From contig OZ241865.1 in assembly GCA_965203275.1 (NCBI GenBank), forward strand, positions 2,176,001 to 2,240,000: a DNA stretch of 64,000 nucleotides. The letters are read 5' to 3'. The DNA comes from Bdellovibrionales bacterium. Its GTDB lineage: Bacteria; Bdellovibrionota; Bdellovibrionia; Bdellovibrionales; JAUICD01. The translations under genes and the position numbers were made by a program. Of this stretch, positions 51,129 to 61,991 are shown one piece after another; positions within the stretch are counted from its first letter, which is position 1; each line of letters begins with the position of its first letter. The notes below the pieces were generated by a model. The model had not been told where the DNA came from. It worked only from the letters and a program-made list of their open reading frames with translations, and ran no database searches.

Positions 51129-53968
51129 TCTGATAAATCCCTTTTATAAAAATCAACAGTTTGTCCTCCTTCAAGCAAAGTAGAATCTTCTGTATTTGCT
51201 GTCGGCTCTGTCCCCTCTAAAAAAGCTTGCATGACAACTTTTTCTGAATTTGCAGAAGCTAAAAAGCCTGTTTCATTATCAATATTGGCAAATACAATTT
51301 GATCAGGTACCATAAAATCTTTTTGAGGTAGAGCTTCATGGGATTTTTTCATGTATTCTAACCAAATAGGCAATGCTGCAAGACTACCTGTTTCGCCTCG
51401 ACCCAAAGTTCTTTCATCGTCAAAGCCAACCCAAACACCTGTAACAATTTGAGGTGTATATCCCACATACCAAGCATCAAAATAACCACTTGTGGTACCT
51501 GTCTTACCAGCAGATATTCGCCCTAGTTGCCTTGCTCTAGCTGCTGTACCACCTTGTTCTTCTACAGCAGCCCTTAAAAGACTTGTGATCAAATAAGCTG
51601 TTTGAGGTGTGATTAATTGTTGTGGATCTTCAAAAAATATAAAAGGCTTTGTACCTCTATCTACTATATTGGCATGAGATTCTTCTGCTGTGTTTCTTTC
51701 TGGTGGATCTTCTATATTTGTTTTTTCCTCTTCTAATGAAGAATCATTTATATCACTTAAATAACTAGCATTAAGAAACTTCATCCTATCGATAGCAAAT
51801 TGACTATCTAACTGTGCAAGAACATTTTGAAATCTCTGATCCATAGAAACATGTCCCAACAGGGTATCCCCTATCATATTTTCTACCTTTTGTATCATTA
51901 AAGGAGATATTTTTTGTCCAAGTCTTGCAAAATGGGCAAAAACTTTAGTGATTTCATAAAGAGTAATACTGCTAGAGCCTAAGCCAAGACTCAAATCCAT
52001 ATTCAAAGAGTGAAATATGCCCAAACGCCTCGCATATTGAGTGACCCAATCCAATCCAACTATTTCTAAAAGCTTCACAGTAGGAATATTTTTAGATTGT
52101 TTAAGAGCATTTCTTAAAAGAGTATCCCCTTCAAAGCGAGAGGCATAATTGCCAGGTCTCCAGGTAAAAGTTTCAATTTCTTCATCATCTTCGTCCTCAT
52201 TTGCTTTTCGTTCTTCTTTGTAGATAATAGGAGAATCAGTGATAATGCTATTGGGTTTAAAACCCTTATCTAAAGCACTCAAGTAAATAATAGGTTTAAA
52301 GGAAGAACCTGGTTGTCTTAAAGCTTGAATAGCTCTATTAAATTTAGATTGATTAAAATTACGTCCGCCCACCATAGCAATAATATTTTCTGTTTGAAGA
52401 TCAAAAGAGATCAAGGCTCCTTGCACGAGAGGTTCTTGTTCTAACTCTAAAAGGGCAAATTCTTCAAATTTATATTTTTTGGCCAGAGTTTGTCTGGCTT
52501 TTTTATTCATTTGTGCAATTCGTTGAGATCGGAAAGTTTCATCAACAACTTTAACTTCTATCACATCACCTTTTTTAAGGGCTTGAGAAGGTTTTTTAAT
52601 TTCTCTGAATCTCCAATGGGTTTGTGGATTGGGTTTCGTAGCCCATTTCATACTCTCTATATCAATAAGCCCTTGTGTTTCAGAAATATGAATAGTCACT
52701 AAACCCCATAAGTCGTCCACTTCCATCACCACCCCTTTTACAATGTCCCCTTTGTCCATATAGTATGGGATGTTTGAGGCTTTGTTTGCTGTTTTGTTTG
52801 TGTTTTTTTTATTGAGGTTTTGATCATCGGATAAAGCTATTTCTGTATTTTGTTTAACTTCACCATCAGGTCCAATAATATGAGAAGGGTCTTTATCTGT
52901 GATCAAGTCTTTGCGTGTTTTAGATAAAAATTCAATGATTTGTTTTGGATCTTCGAGGTGGTCCCTAGCCCCTCGATAACCTTGCCTTTTATCAACCAGT
53001 CTGAGTCCTGTTTTGAGGCTTTCCTGAGCAACTATTTGTTTCTTTAGATCAACGGATGTGTAGACTCTTACGCCTTGGTCAAGAACTGTATCTTCACCTA
53101 GTTCTTTGACTAACTGTTGGCGAACTGTTTCAACATAGTAAGGAGCAAAGTGCTGGTAGTCTTTTCTAAAATACACTTTTACATCTTTTTGAAGGGTTGT
53201 ATTTTTTTCTTCTGTTGAGATAAAACCTTGAGCTTCCATACGTGAGAGAACATATTTTTGACGATTTTTTGCAGCAGAAGGATTGATGATAGGGGAGTAA
53301 CGGCTAGGTGCTTGAGGTAAACCCGCTAAGATAGCCATTTCTGCTAATGTTAAATCTTGAAGTGCTTTTCTAAAATAAAGTTCAGAGGCTGCAATTACGC
53401 CATAAACTCCAGAACCAAGATAAATTTGATTGAGATAAAGGTAGAGAATTTCTTCTTTGTTGAGGCGTCTTTCCATGCGGTAGGCTAGTAAGATTTCCTT
53501 AATCTTACGGGTGTAGGTTTTTTCAGGAGTTAAAAGGAGAGAGCGTGCAACTTGTTGTGTGATCGTGGAACCACCTTGTACTTTACGGCCTTCTTTAAGG
53601 TTGACTGATAAAGCTCTTAGAATAGCTAGATAATTAATGCCTTGATGTTCATAGAAACTAGCGTCTTCTGCTGCAATAAAGGCTTGCATAAGTTTTTCAG
53701 GGATATCTTCAATTTTAACAAGCTTGCGTTTTTCCCTAAAAAATTCCCCTATTTTTTCACCATTTATATCGAAAACTTCAGAGACCAATTTAGGTTTATA
53801 ATCTTCTGCTGTGACAAGGTGAGGAAGTGTTGTAGAAAGGTGAAATAGATATAAGGTAGCAGCTATTGTGATCAAGCAGATAAAGAATATGCTCATAGCT
53901 AGGGAATAAAAGATAGGTTTTTTCCATGGAAGTTTAAAGACAAAATTTAAGTATTGTTTTAAATGCAT
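51125..53968 (-). CDS. mrcA: Penicillin-binding protein 1A
   Basis: AEDASF, QGGSTITQQ, RQPGSSFKP, SKN, GKTGT. Confidence 0.93.
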   Translation of the reverse strand: MHLKQYLNFVFKLPWKKPIFYSLAMSIFFICLITIAATLYLFHLSTTLPHLVTAEDYKPKLVSEVFDINGEKIGEFFREKRKLVKIEDIPEKLMQAFIAAEDASFYEHQGINYLAILRALSVNLKEGRKVQGGSTITQQVARSLLLTPEKTYTRKIKEILLAYRMERRLNKEEILYLYLNQIYLGSGVYGVIAASELYFRKALQDLTLAEMAILAGLPQAPSRYSPIINPSAAKNRQKYVLSRMEAQGFISTEEKNTTLQKDVKVYFRKDYQHFAPYYVETVRQQLVKELGEDTVLDQGVRVYTSVDLKKQIVAQESLKTGLRLVDKRQGYRGARDHLEDPKQIIEFLSKTRKDLITDKDPSHIIGPDGEVKQNTEIALSDDQNLNKKNTNKTANKASNIPYYMDKGDIVKGVVMEVDDLWGLVTIHISETQGLIDIESMKWATKPNPQTHWRFREIKKPSQALKKGDVIEVKVVDETFRSQRIAQMNKKARQTLAKKYKFEEFALLELEQEPLVQGALISFDLQTENIIAMVGGRNFNQSKFNRAIQALRQPGSSFKPIIYLSALDKGFKPNSIITDSPIIYKEERKANEDEDDEEIETFTWRPGNYASRFEGDTLLRNALKQSKNIPTVKLLEIVGLDWVTQYARRLGIFHSLNMDLSLGLGSSSITLYEITKVFAHFARLGQKISPLMIQKVENMIGDTLLGHVSMDQRFQNVLAQLDSQFAIDRMKFLNASYLSDINDSSLEEEKTNIEDPPERNTAEESHANIVDRGTKPFIFFEDPQQLITPQTAYLITSLLRAAVEEQGGTAARARQLGRISAGKTGTTSGYFDAWYVGYTPQIVTGVWVGFDDERTLGRGETGSLAALPIWLEYMKKSHEALPQKDFMVPDQIVFANIDNETGFLASANSEKVVMQAFLEGTEPTANTEDSTLLEGGQTVDFYKRDLSE

Positions 53969-54327
53969 GTTCTTTAGTACCCTCCATTAAATCTTTTGAG
54001 AAAACTTTTAATGCAGTAAATGTTCAGACTTTTTAACATCGTGTTAAAGAAATGGTAATTTATTTTAAAACTTTTGTCAAGCAGTTCATTAAGATGGTTT
54101 GAGTTTGTTTCGTTTTCATACAAAGTCTATTCTTTTAGAATTACTCTAAGCACTATGGTTATTTTTTAGAAATACACTTTTAATGTGAGATTTGACTCAA
54201 ATATCAAAATAGCTCATCGTGACATGCTATAATAATAGAATTTTTAAAGGAACTCCATAAGTTACACATCTTAAAAAGAGTTTATGGCATGACCTTCTTT
54301 ATTTTTGAGAAACCTCAAATTGAAGAA

Positions 54328-55644
54328 TTATTTCATCGGTTTAAAAGAGTACCCTGCATATTGGCCTTGTTCTTTAAGATCTTCTTCTATACGGATTAAT
54401 TGATTGTACTTTGCAAGTCTTTCACTCCGGCAAACGCTACCTGTTTTAATTTGAGAGCAAGAAAAACCAACAGCTAAATCTGCAATAATAGTATCCTCTG
54501 TCTCACCACTTCTATGAGACATAATGGTATTATATCCATGAGCTTTTGCTAAGGATATGGTTTCTTTTGTTTCTGTGATTGTTCCTATTTGATTAGGTTT
54601 AATTAAAATAGCGTCAGCGACAGATTTTTCTATCCCCATTTTGAGTCTTTGAGGATGAGTTACAAAAAGATCATCCCCTACCATTTGCAATTTGCCTTTG
54701 AGTTTGGAGGTCATCTCACGCCAAGCCTCCCAGTCATTTTCTGCAAGTGCGTCTTCTATACTGATTAACGGAAATTTTCTCTGCCAAGTTTCATAAATAG
54801 ATATCAATTCACTACCAGTTATTTCTTGACCTTCCCATAAATAAAAATATTCATTTTTTTTTGAAATAGAAAATTCTGTGGCAGCCACATCTAAAGCTAA
54901 AAATATATCTTCTCCTAATCGATATTTTGTTTTTTCAATAGCCAAACAAATAAGATCTAAAGCTTGTTGGTTATTTTGAAGAGAGGGAGCAAAACCTCCC
55001 TCATCACCTACTGCGGTTGAAAAACCTTTATTTTTAAGAATAGATTTTAAACAGTGGAAAATTTCACTGGCAGCTCTTAAAGACAGAGAAAAAGAATTTT
55101 CAACTAAAGGTACAATCATAAACTCTTGCACTTCTAAAGCATTATGGGCATGCACACCTCCATTGAGGATATTAATCAAAGGCACTGGCAATGAGTATTT
55201 TTTTTCACCTCCTAGATATTTAAACAATTGACCACTGGTTGTGTTATGAACAGTAGAACTGCCATAAGTAGAACTGCTATAAGCAGCCGCTTTGAGGCAA
55301 GCCATAGAGACACCTAAAATAGCATTGGCTCCTAACTTTGATTTATTTTCAGTAGCGTCTAGTTTTAAAAGGGTCTGATCTATTTGACTTTGATGAGAGA
55401 TGTCCATGCCTTTTATTTGAGGAGCTATGATTTGCATGATGTGCTTTATAGCTTGAGTGACCCCTTTGCCATGGAATGCGTCTGTTCCATCTCTGATTTC
55501 TAAAGCCTCAAAAGAACCTTTAGAAGCCCCTGAAGGGACAGCTGCTCTGCCAAAGATGCCATTTTCAATAATAACATCAACCTCTATAGTAGGAAATCCT
55601 CGGCTATCTAAAATTTGCCTTGCTTTGATTTGCTGGATTTTCAT
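54328..55644 (-). CDS. eno: Enolase
   Basis: ILDSRGFPT, GDEGGFAP, SHRSGETED. Confidence 0.97.
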   Translation of the reverse strand: MKIQQIKARQILDSRGFPTIEVDVIIENGIFGRAAVPSGASKGSFEALEIRDGTDAFHGKGVTQAIKHIMQIIAPQIKGMDISHQSQIDQTLLKLDATENKSKLGANAILGVSMACLKAAAYSSSTYGSSTVHNTTSGQLFKYLGGEKKYSLPVPLINILNGGVHAHNALEVQEFMIVPLVENSFSLSLRAASEIFHCLKSILKNKGFSTAVGDEGGFAPSLQNNQQALDLICLAIEKTKYRLGEDIFLALDVAATEFSISKKNEYFYLWEGQEITGSELISIYETWQRKFPLISIEDALAENDWEAWREMTSKLKGKLQMVGDDLFVTHPQRLKMGIEKSVADAILIKPNQIGTITETKETISLAKAHGYNTIMSHRSGETEDTIIADLAVGFSCSQIKTGSVCRSERLAKYNQLIRIEEDLKEQGQYAGYSFKPMK

Positions 55645-55656
55645 TATGGTGCCTCT

Positions 55657-56949
55657 TTAGCCTTCAAATATTTTTTGCGTGCGATTTTGTATATCTTTTA
55701 ATAACTTTTGATGAGAAAATATCTTGTCTAGCTCTTTTTGAGAAAGAATATCTTTGGTTTGAGGATTCTTAAGAAATACATCTTTAAGATTTTCATTCTT
55801 TCCCATCTGATGACTTAACATTTGAATTAAATGATATGCTTGTGATCGAGGTAGGCCTTTTTGAATAAGAGTAAGAAGAAGGTGGGAGCTAAAAATTTGC
55901 CCTTGAGATAAATCCATATTTTCTTTCATTTTTTGAGGATAAACACTTAAATTTTCTATGGTGTGAGCCATGCGGTGGAGAGCATAGTCAAGAAGGATGA
56001 AAGCATCTGGGAAAATAACTCTTTCCACACTAGAGTGACTGATATCTCTTTCATGCCAGAGTGCCATATTTTCTAAAACAGGGAGAGTATAACTTCTGAG
56101 GATACGAGCTATACCTGTTAAATTCTCTCCACTGATAGGATTTTTTTTATGGGGCATCACGCTACTGCCTTGTTGTCCTGGCAAAAAGGATTCTGAAATT
56201 TCTCTAATCTCTGTTCTTTGGAGATGACGTAACTCAATAGCAAGCCTTTCGAGTCCACCTGCATATAAGGCTATAGCTAGGATGACTTCTGCATGACGAT
56301 CCCTTGGCACAACTTGTGTGGCAATAGTTTCTGGTGGAAGACCTAAATTTTTAGCTACTTGTATTTCGATAGTTTCAGGAAGGGTTGCATACGTGCCAAC
56401 GGCTCCTGAAAGCTTACAAACACAGCATTGTTGAATCGCTTGCTGAAGTCTTTTTTGATGTCTTTGAAATTCACAAAGATGTCCAGCTAATTTATAACCA
56501 AAAGTGGTCGGCCCTGCATGCATGCCATGTGTCCTTCCCACACACAGAGAAGCAATGTGTTTTTGAGATTGACTTTTGAGGGCTTCTTTAAGTCGAGTGA
56601 TGCCTTTTTGTAAAACCTGAGATGCCTGAATGATTTGAAGGCTCAAAGCAGTATCAAGTACATCAGAACTTGTCAAACCATAGTGCAGATATTTACCATT
56701 GTCTCCAATATTTTCAGCAACTGTGTTGATAAAAGCTGTGACATCGTGTTGAGTGGTTTTTTCCATTTTCAAAATACCTTCAATGGAAAAATGAGATTTA
56801 TTTTGAATGTCTTGTGCAGCTTGTTGTGGGATCATTTGCATTTGAGCTTGCACATTAGCTACAGCTTTTTCAACCTGAAGGATAAAATCAAAACGAACTT
56901 TCTGTGTCCACAAGTTGGACATTTCTTTTCGGGCATATCGTGCAATCAT
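55657..56949 (-). CDS. purB: Adenylosuccinate lyase
   Basis: HYGLTSSD, GRTHG, GSSVMPHKKNP. Confidence 0.96.
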   Translation of the reverse strand: MIARYARKEMSNLWTQKVRFDFILQVEKAVANVQAQMQMIPQQAAQDIQNKSHFSIEGILKMEKTTQHDVTAFINTVAENIGDNGKYLHYGLTSSDVLDTALSLQIIQASQVLQKGITRLKEALKSQSQKHIASLCVGRTHGMHAGPTTFGYKLAGHLCEFQRHQKRLQQAIQQCCVCKLSGAVGTYATLPETIEIQVAKNLGLPPETIATQVVPRDRHAEVILAIALYAGGLERLAIELRHLQRTEIREISESFLPGQQGSSVMPHKKNPISGENLTGIARILRSYTLPVLENMALWHERDISHSSVERVIFPDAFILLDYALHRMAHTIENLSVYPQKMKENMDLSQGQIFSSHLLLTLIQKGLPRSQAYHLIQMLSHQMGKNENLKDVFLKNPQTKDILSQKELDKIFSHQKLLKDIQNRTQKIFEG

Positions 56950-57003
56950 TGAACATAGCTCCCTTTTTAGAATATGGTTATATGTTTTATTTTAAACTCT
57001 ATA

Positions 57004-57978
57004 TCAATGAACGATAGCTTCTTTAGATTTAAAGAAAATCACATTGTCCATAGCATTTTCTTTATGAAAAAGATGACGAATAAAATTTTGGATATCTTTA
57101 TGAGGTTGCAAATGAGTAGAATTAGAAGGTGTTACAATTCGAGATTTTGAAAGATGACACAAGAGCGATTTATTTAATCTTTGAACACGAATAGCTTTTT
57201 GTAAAGATTGAATGTTTTGAGTTGTGGCAGCAATGATACGTGGATAACAAAGTTTGACGCTTTGATAAGAATAAAGGGATTGAAATGCAAGATATTTTTC
57301 AAGGGATTTTTGCAAAACCTTTGAAAGATGAGTGATTTCTGGTACATAAACAGTGACATTACCTAAGTAAGAAATAAATTCAGGGTAATGTAATTGATCT
57401 TTGTTTTTTTTATCAATGGAAATAAATTGCAATGATTGAGACTGAACATGTATTTTGTAAGCTTGTTGAAGTGCTTTCTCAGGATTATTGGCTAAAATAA
57501 AAACAGGATGTTTACTAGAAAATAAAGCATGCGGTAGAGGTTGCACAGCTAAGGCTTGAGGCTTGATATGGTTTATTTGCTTTGTCTTTTTGATTTGCTC
57601 TTTTAAGAGGTTTTCAATATCACGGATCACTTGCTTTTTATGTTCAGCAATAACCACAGATCTTACAAGTAGGTCTGCTAGCATTTGTACCTTTTTTATT
57701 TTATGTGGTGGAAGAGTGATCCCATCGACTATATTAATGTATCCATAGAGATGATCATTCTTAGTGATAGGTATAAGTAGATCGTTTTGCATTGTAATCA
57801 GCTGGGCCTCTTTATGACTCAAGATAATATTAAGTATTTTGTAGGGTGGGTTTTGTTCATTATTTAAGTCAGTTAATTCTACGTGACATCCAAACTGCCT
57901 TTGAACTAGGCTTGCAAATCGATCCCAAACTATTTGAACGGGTGTAGATTGTACCATAAGCTTTGAATCCTTCCTCAT
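57004..57978 (-). CDS. Hypothetical protein, possibly a degenerate sigma54-activator-like AAA domain
   Basis: PRIIAATT and EITHLSKVLQKSL resemble bEBP elements, but no Walker A or GAFTGA. Confidence 0.55.
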   Translation of the reverse strand: MRKDSKLMVQSTPVQIVWDRFASLVQRQFGCHVELTDLNNEQNPPYKILNIILSHKEAQLITMQNDLLIPITKNDHLYGYINIVDGITLPPHKIKKVQMLADLLVRSVVIAEHKKQVIRDIENLLKEQIKKTKQINHIKPQALAVQPLPHALFSSKHPVFILANNPEKALQQAYKIHVQSQSLQFISIDKKNKDQLHYPEFISYLGNVTVYVPEITHLSKVLQKSLEKYLAFQSLYSYQSVKLCYPRIIAATTQNIQSLQKAIRVQRLNKSLLCHLSKSRIVTPSNSTHLQPHKDIQNFIRHLFHKENAMDNVIFFKSKEAIVH

Positions 57979-58400
57979 TTTATTTAGATACTCCAGTCAA
58001 CTTGATAGATTAGGGTTGTAAGTACTTTGCTTTTATTTCTGTTGTACATCATTCATACCACAACTCCAATAAAATTCTATATTTTTATGTGATTTATTAT
58101 GCAATTAATATGCAAAAACTGTGTATAAGAAGCATTTTTATTACAATCATTGTCAATTTTTCAAAATAAAGGCATATTATGTCATTTTTTTAGGATGAAA
58201 GCTTTGTATGAGGTAAAAAAACAGCTTTTTACACATTTGTTATTGGATATAGTCGTTTGATCAAAGCATGCTCTTGACATGCTCTTGCAAAAATCCAACA
58301 AAACAAGGTGAGCTTATATTGAAAAATGAACAACTTTTTGACAAGATGAGTAAGTTTTACAAAAAATAAATATGCCTTTAATTGAATATAGCCATTGATT

Positions 58401-59831
58401 TTATCCAATGCTGTTTTCTAATTTCATCTCAATAAGCTTCACAGCTTCAACTGAAAATTCTAAAGGTAGCTTTTGAAATATGTCATGACAAAAGCCATTG
58501 ACTAAAACAGAGATGGCTTCTTCTATACTTAAACCTCTGGATTGTAGATAAAAAAGTTGATCTTCGCTAATGCGAGTTGTACTGGCTTCATGCTCTAAAA
58601 TAGCTGATTTATTTTTAACTTCCATATAAGGATAAGTGTGGACACTGCTTTGATCTTCGATCAACATAGAATCACATTGAGAGTAATTTCTAGCTTGTTT
58701 TGCTGAAGGAAGGATCTTAACAAGCCCTCTATATACATTAGATGACTTGTCTGTTGAAATACTTTTAGAAATAATTGTGCTTTTGGTGTTTTTTCCAATA
58801 TGGATCATCTTTGTACCTGTATCCGCTTGCATTTTTCCATTTGTTAGAGCTACAGAATAAAAAGCTCCAGAAGAATGATCTCCTTGTAAAACACAGCTAG
58901 GATACTTCCAAGTAATGGCTGAACCTGCCTCTACCTGTGTCCATGTAATACGTGAGCTGTCCCCTAAACATTTACCTCTTTTTGTCACAAAATTGTAAAC
59001 TCCACCTTTACCTTTTTCATCTCCAGAGTACCAATTTTGTACAGTAGAATAATTAATCTGAGCATTTTTTAAGGCAATGAGTTCCACGACAGCAGCATGT
59101 AATTGATTGTTGTCATACATAGGAGCAGTGCATCCCTCTAAATAATTGACAAAGCTACCCTCCTCAGCGATGAGAAGTGTTCTTTCAAACTGCCCTGTGT
59201 CTTTTGCATTAATACGAAAATAAGTTGATAAATCCATGGGGCAACGGACATTTTTAGGAATATAACAAAAAGATCCATCACTAAAAACAGCTGCATTCAA
59301 GGTAGAGAAAAAATTATCTCCTATAGGAACAACTTTGCCCAGGTATTTTTCAATCATTTCAGGGTATTTTGTAACAGCTTCAGAAAAAGAGCAGAAAATC
59401 ACACCTGATGCTTCTAGCTCTTTTTGATGAGTTGTGCCAATAGAAACACTATCAAAAACAGCATCAATAGCTACACCTGTAAGCCTTTTCTGCTCCATTA
59501 GCGGAATACCTAATCTTTCAAAGGTTTTGATCAGTTCAGGGTCAACATCTTTTAAGGATTGAGGAGAGAGTGATTGTTTTTTAGGAGTAGAAAAATAGCT
59601 CATATTTTGATAATCAATGGGAGGGTATTGAAGGTAGGCCCAGCGAGGTTCTTTCATCTTTTGCCAGGTTTTAAAGGCCTTTAGCCTATATTGGAGTAAA
59701 AATTCTGGCTCTTTTTTTTTGTGAGAAATAGCATGAATAGTCTCTTCATTTAACCCTTTTTTAAGAGACTCAGATGTGATCGGCGTGACAAAGCCATATT
59801 TGTAATCTTGTTTTTTTAACGCAACATCCAT
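58401..59831 (-). CDS. sufB: Fe-S cluster assembly protein SufB
   Basis: [43 protein letters not shown]. Confidence 0.96.
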   Translation of the reverse strand: MDVALKKQDYKYGFVTPITSESLKKGLNEETIHAISHKKKEPEFLLQYRLKAFKTWQKMKEPRWAYLQYPPIDYQNMSYFSTPKKQSLSPQSLKDVDPELIKTFERLGIPLMEQKRLTGVAIDAVFDSVSIGTTHQKELEASGVIFCSFSEAVTKYPEMIEKYLGKVVPIGDNFFSTLNAAVFSDGSFCYIPKNVRCPMDLSTYFRINAKDTGQFERTLLIAEEGSFVNYLEGCTAPMYDNNQLHAAVVELIALKNAQINYSTVQNWYSGDEKGKGGVYNFVTKRGKCLGDSSRITWTQVEAGSAITWKYPSCVLQGDHSSGAFYSVALTNGKMQADTGTKMIHIGKNTKSTIISKSISTDKSSNVYRGLVKILPSAKQARNYSQCDSMLIEDQSSVHTYPYMEVKNKSAILEHEASTTRISEDQLFYLQSRGLSIEEAISVLVNGFCHDIFQKLPLEFSVEAVKLIEMKLENSIG

Positions 59832-60183
59832 TATTTTTCCTCAAAATAAATAATAAAATAAACCATACTTTTATTTGCTTTTCAGTGTTTTTCAGATGGC
59901 TTACGCTACTTCAATTAAAAAACCATCAGAAAATGAAACACTTTGATAATGAAATCATAGCATATATATAGACTTTTGTCATAAATTTGATCTACAATGT
60001 GTAATAGGTAGAGAAATGCTCTAAAAGTATCAGAAAACACTATTTTAAGTCAAATATGTCTTATTATGATAATTTTTATATAAATTCTTGATGACTTATG
60101 TGTTTTATTATATCATTGTATTTATCATATTATTAAATTAATATTAATAATTTTAACTTTAACATGCACAAAGGAGGCGTCCC

Positions 60184-60894
60184 GTGAAATACCTTAAACA
60201 TTTAAACTATTTAATTTTATCTCTATTTGTAGCTTTTGTCTGTGTGTCTTGCACTCATGGTCAAGGAAAACCTTATGCCAATAAGGAACACAAAGGCAAG
60301 CATAAAAGCTATGAAAAACGTATGTGGAAGAAGATGGATGCTAATAAGGACCGTCAGATATCCCATGAAGAATTTATGCAATTCCATAAAAAGAAGTTTA
60401 AGAAAATGGACAAAGATGAAGATAAAGCCATTTCTAAGTCAGAAAAGAAAAAGGCATGGAAGAAATGGAAAGCAAAGAAACACAAGAAACATGCTGATTG
60501 TGACAAATGTGGCAAAAAAAAGTATAAAAAACATTACAAAAAGCGTATGTGGAAAAAAATGGATGCTGATGAGAATGGTGAAGTTTCTCATAAAGAATTT
60601 ATGGATTTCCACAAAAAGAAGTTTAAAAAGATGGATGCCGATGAGGATGGCATGATCTCTAAAGAAGAGAAGAAAGCATGGAAGAAAAAGAAAAAGAAAA
60701 AAATGAAGAAATGGTACAAAAAGCACAAAGCACATAAAGGGGAAAAGCACAGAAAAGAGAAAAAGGAAGAAGTAGCTGAAGATCAAGAAGCTCCTGCTGA
60801 TGAAGATGAAGACAGAGCTGATGATCAAGAAAAAGCTGCTCCAGAGGAAAACACTCAAGCAGAAGCTTCAGAAGAAGATAATGCTCAAGAGTAA
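60184..60894 (+). CDS. EF-hand protein, Lys/His-rich with acidic tail, probable lipoprotein
   Basis: Four EF loops (DANKDRQISHEE, DKDEDKAISKSE, DADENGEVSHKE, DADEDGMISKEE); VSC lipobox-like; GTG start with AGGAGG. Confidence 0.8.
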   Translation: MKYLKHLNYLILSLFVAFVCVSCTHGQGKPYANKEHKGKHKSYEKRMWKKMDANKDRQISHEEFMQFHKKKFKKMDKDEDKAISKSEKKKAWKKWKAKKHKKHADCDKCGKKKYKKHYKKRMWKKMDADENGEVSHKEFMDFHKKKFKKMDADEDGMISKEEKKAWKKKKKKKMKKWYKKHKAHKGEKHRKEKKEEVAEDQEAPADEDEDRADDQEKAAPEENTQAEASEEDNAQE

Positions 60895-60965
60895 GTAAAT
60901 ATTTCCTTATAAGCCTCTCTTGTGAAACGTGTTTTTCTTAGAGACTTTTTATGACTGAACTACCT

Positions 60966-61005
60966 CATTGCTATTCTGCTCTTGTAAGAAAGGCAGAATA
61001 GTGAT
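60966..61005 (+). terminator. Stable hairpin downstream of the EF-hand gene
   Basis: CATTGCTATTCTGC / GCAGAATAGTGATG; no clear U-tract. Confidence 0.4.
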
Positions 61006-61117
61006 GGAGATGGTGGTTGTTGTTTCTCATCACCAGCAAGCTTTCAAGAAAGCAAGCCTTCAAGAAAGAAGGTTTTCAAGAAACTGATCGTGTTTTTAGA
61101 CTAAAAAGTGTGACAAA

Positions 61118-61636
61118 ATGGTTATAAAACTCAATGAAATTCCAACAGAAGGACTTTTAATTCAGTTAAATCAAGAAGATCGTAGAACATCTCAAGCTCT
61201 TCAAGACCTTTTAATGCATCATCCGTTTGAGGTAGAAGCTTGTATTTTACCTATAGACCAAGGATATGAACTTTATGGAAAGATTACAGGACAAAGAACT
61301 CTTGAATGTTCTTTTTGTCTTTGTCAATTTAAGCAACCTTTTTGTGAAAAATTCCATGACATTTATTTAAAAACCAAAGCTAAAATAGCACAAAATCTTC
61401 AGATGTCAGATGTATCTTCTGATATTTCTGTCTTTCCTTTAAAAAGTATGAGGTTTTCATTTAGTGATTTTTTACATGAAATTTTAGTCCTAGCAACAGA
61501 TTTTCAAGTCTTATGTAAAAAAGATTGTAAGGGTCTTTGTTGCCACTGCGGTAAGAATCTTAACCATGAAAAATGCACTTGTTCCAAAAGTTTTTACAAG
61601 CAATCAAATCCCTTTTCTGCTCTTTTGAAAATGTGA
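61118..61636 (+). CDS. yceD: YceD/DUF177 family protein
   Basis: CSFCL, LCKKDCKGLCCHCGKNLN..C.C; upstream of rpmF. Confidence 0.88.
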   Translation: MVIKLNEIPTEGLLIQLNQEDRRTSQALQDLLMHHPFEVEACILPIDQGYELYGKITGQRTLECSFCLCQFKQPFCEKFHDIYLKTKAKIAQNLQMSDVSSDISVFPLKSMRFSFSDFLHEILVLATDFQVLCKKDCKGLCCHCGKNLNHEKCTCSKSFYKQSNPFSALLKM

Positions 61637-61763
61637 TTATATAAAAAAATGATATATTTCTGTAAAATAATTTAAGATTAATGACAGAAGGGGTTGATTT
61701 TTAATAGACGATAGATTATGTTAGTGGAATCTGATTATTAACAATGAAAACACGGGATATATT

Positions 61764-61988
61764 ATGGCAGAACCCACCAGTAAAACCACTAGGTCTAAAA
61801 GAGGTATGAGACGTTCACACCATGCCATTAAACAGACACTTTTTGCTACATGTCTTCATTGTGGGACACCTATTCGTCCACACCATGTTTGCTCTCATTG
61901 TGGGCATTATAAGGGACGTGTTTATAATGAGTTCATTAAGGTAGCAAAACCTAAAAAGAAGAAAAAAGATCAAGATAAAACCGAGTAA
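61764..61988 (+). CDS. rpmF: 50S ribosomal protein L32
   Basis: [18 protein letters not shown]...[13 protein letters not shown]. Confidence 0.95.
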   Translation: MAEPTSKTTRSKRGMRRSHHAIKQTLFATCLHCGTPIRPHHVCSHCGHYKGRVYNEFIKVAKPKKKKKDQDKTE

Positions 61989-61991
61989 TTT

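Noticed and set aside
55235..55285. Ser/Thr-rich insertion in enolase
   Set aside because: Small local duplication in a probable surface loop; catalytic motifs intact.
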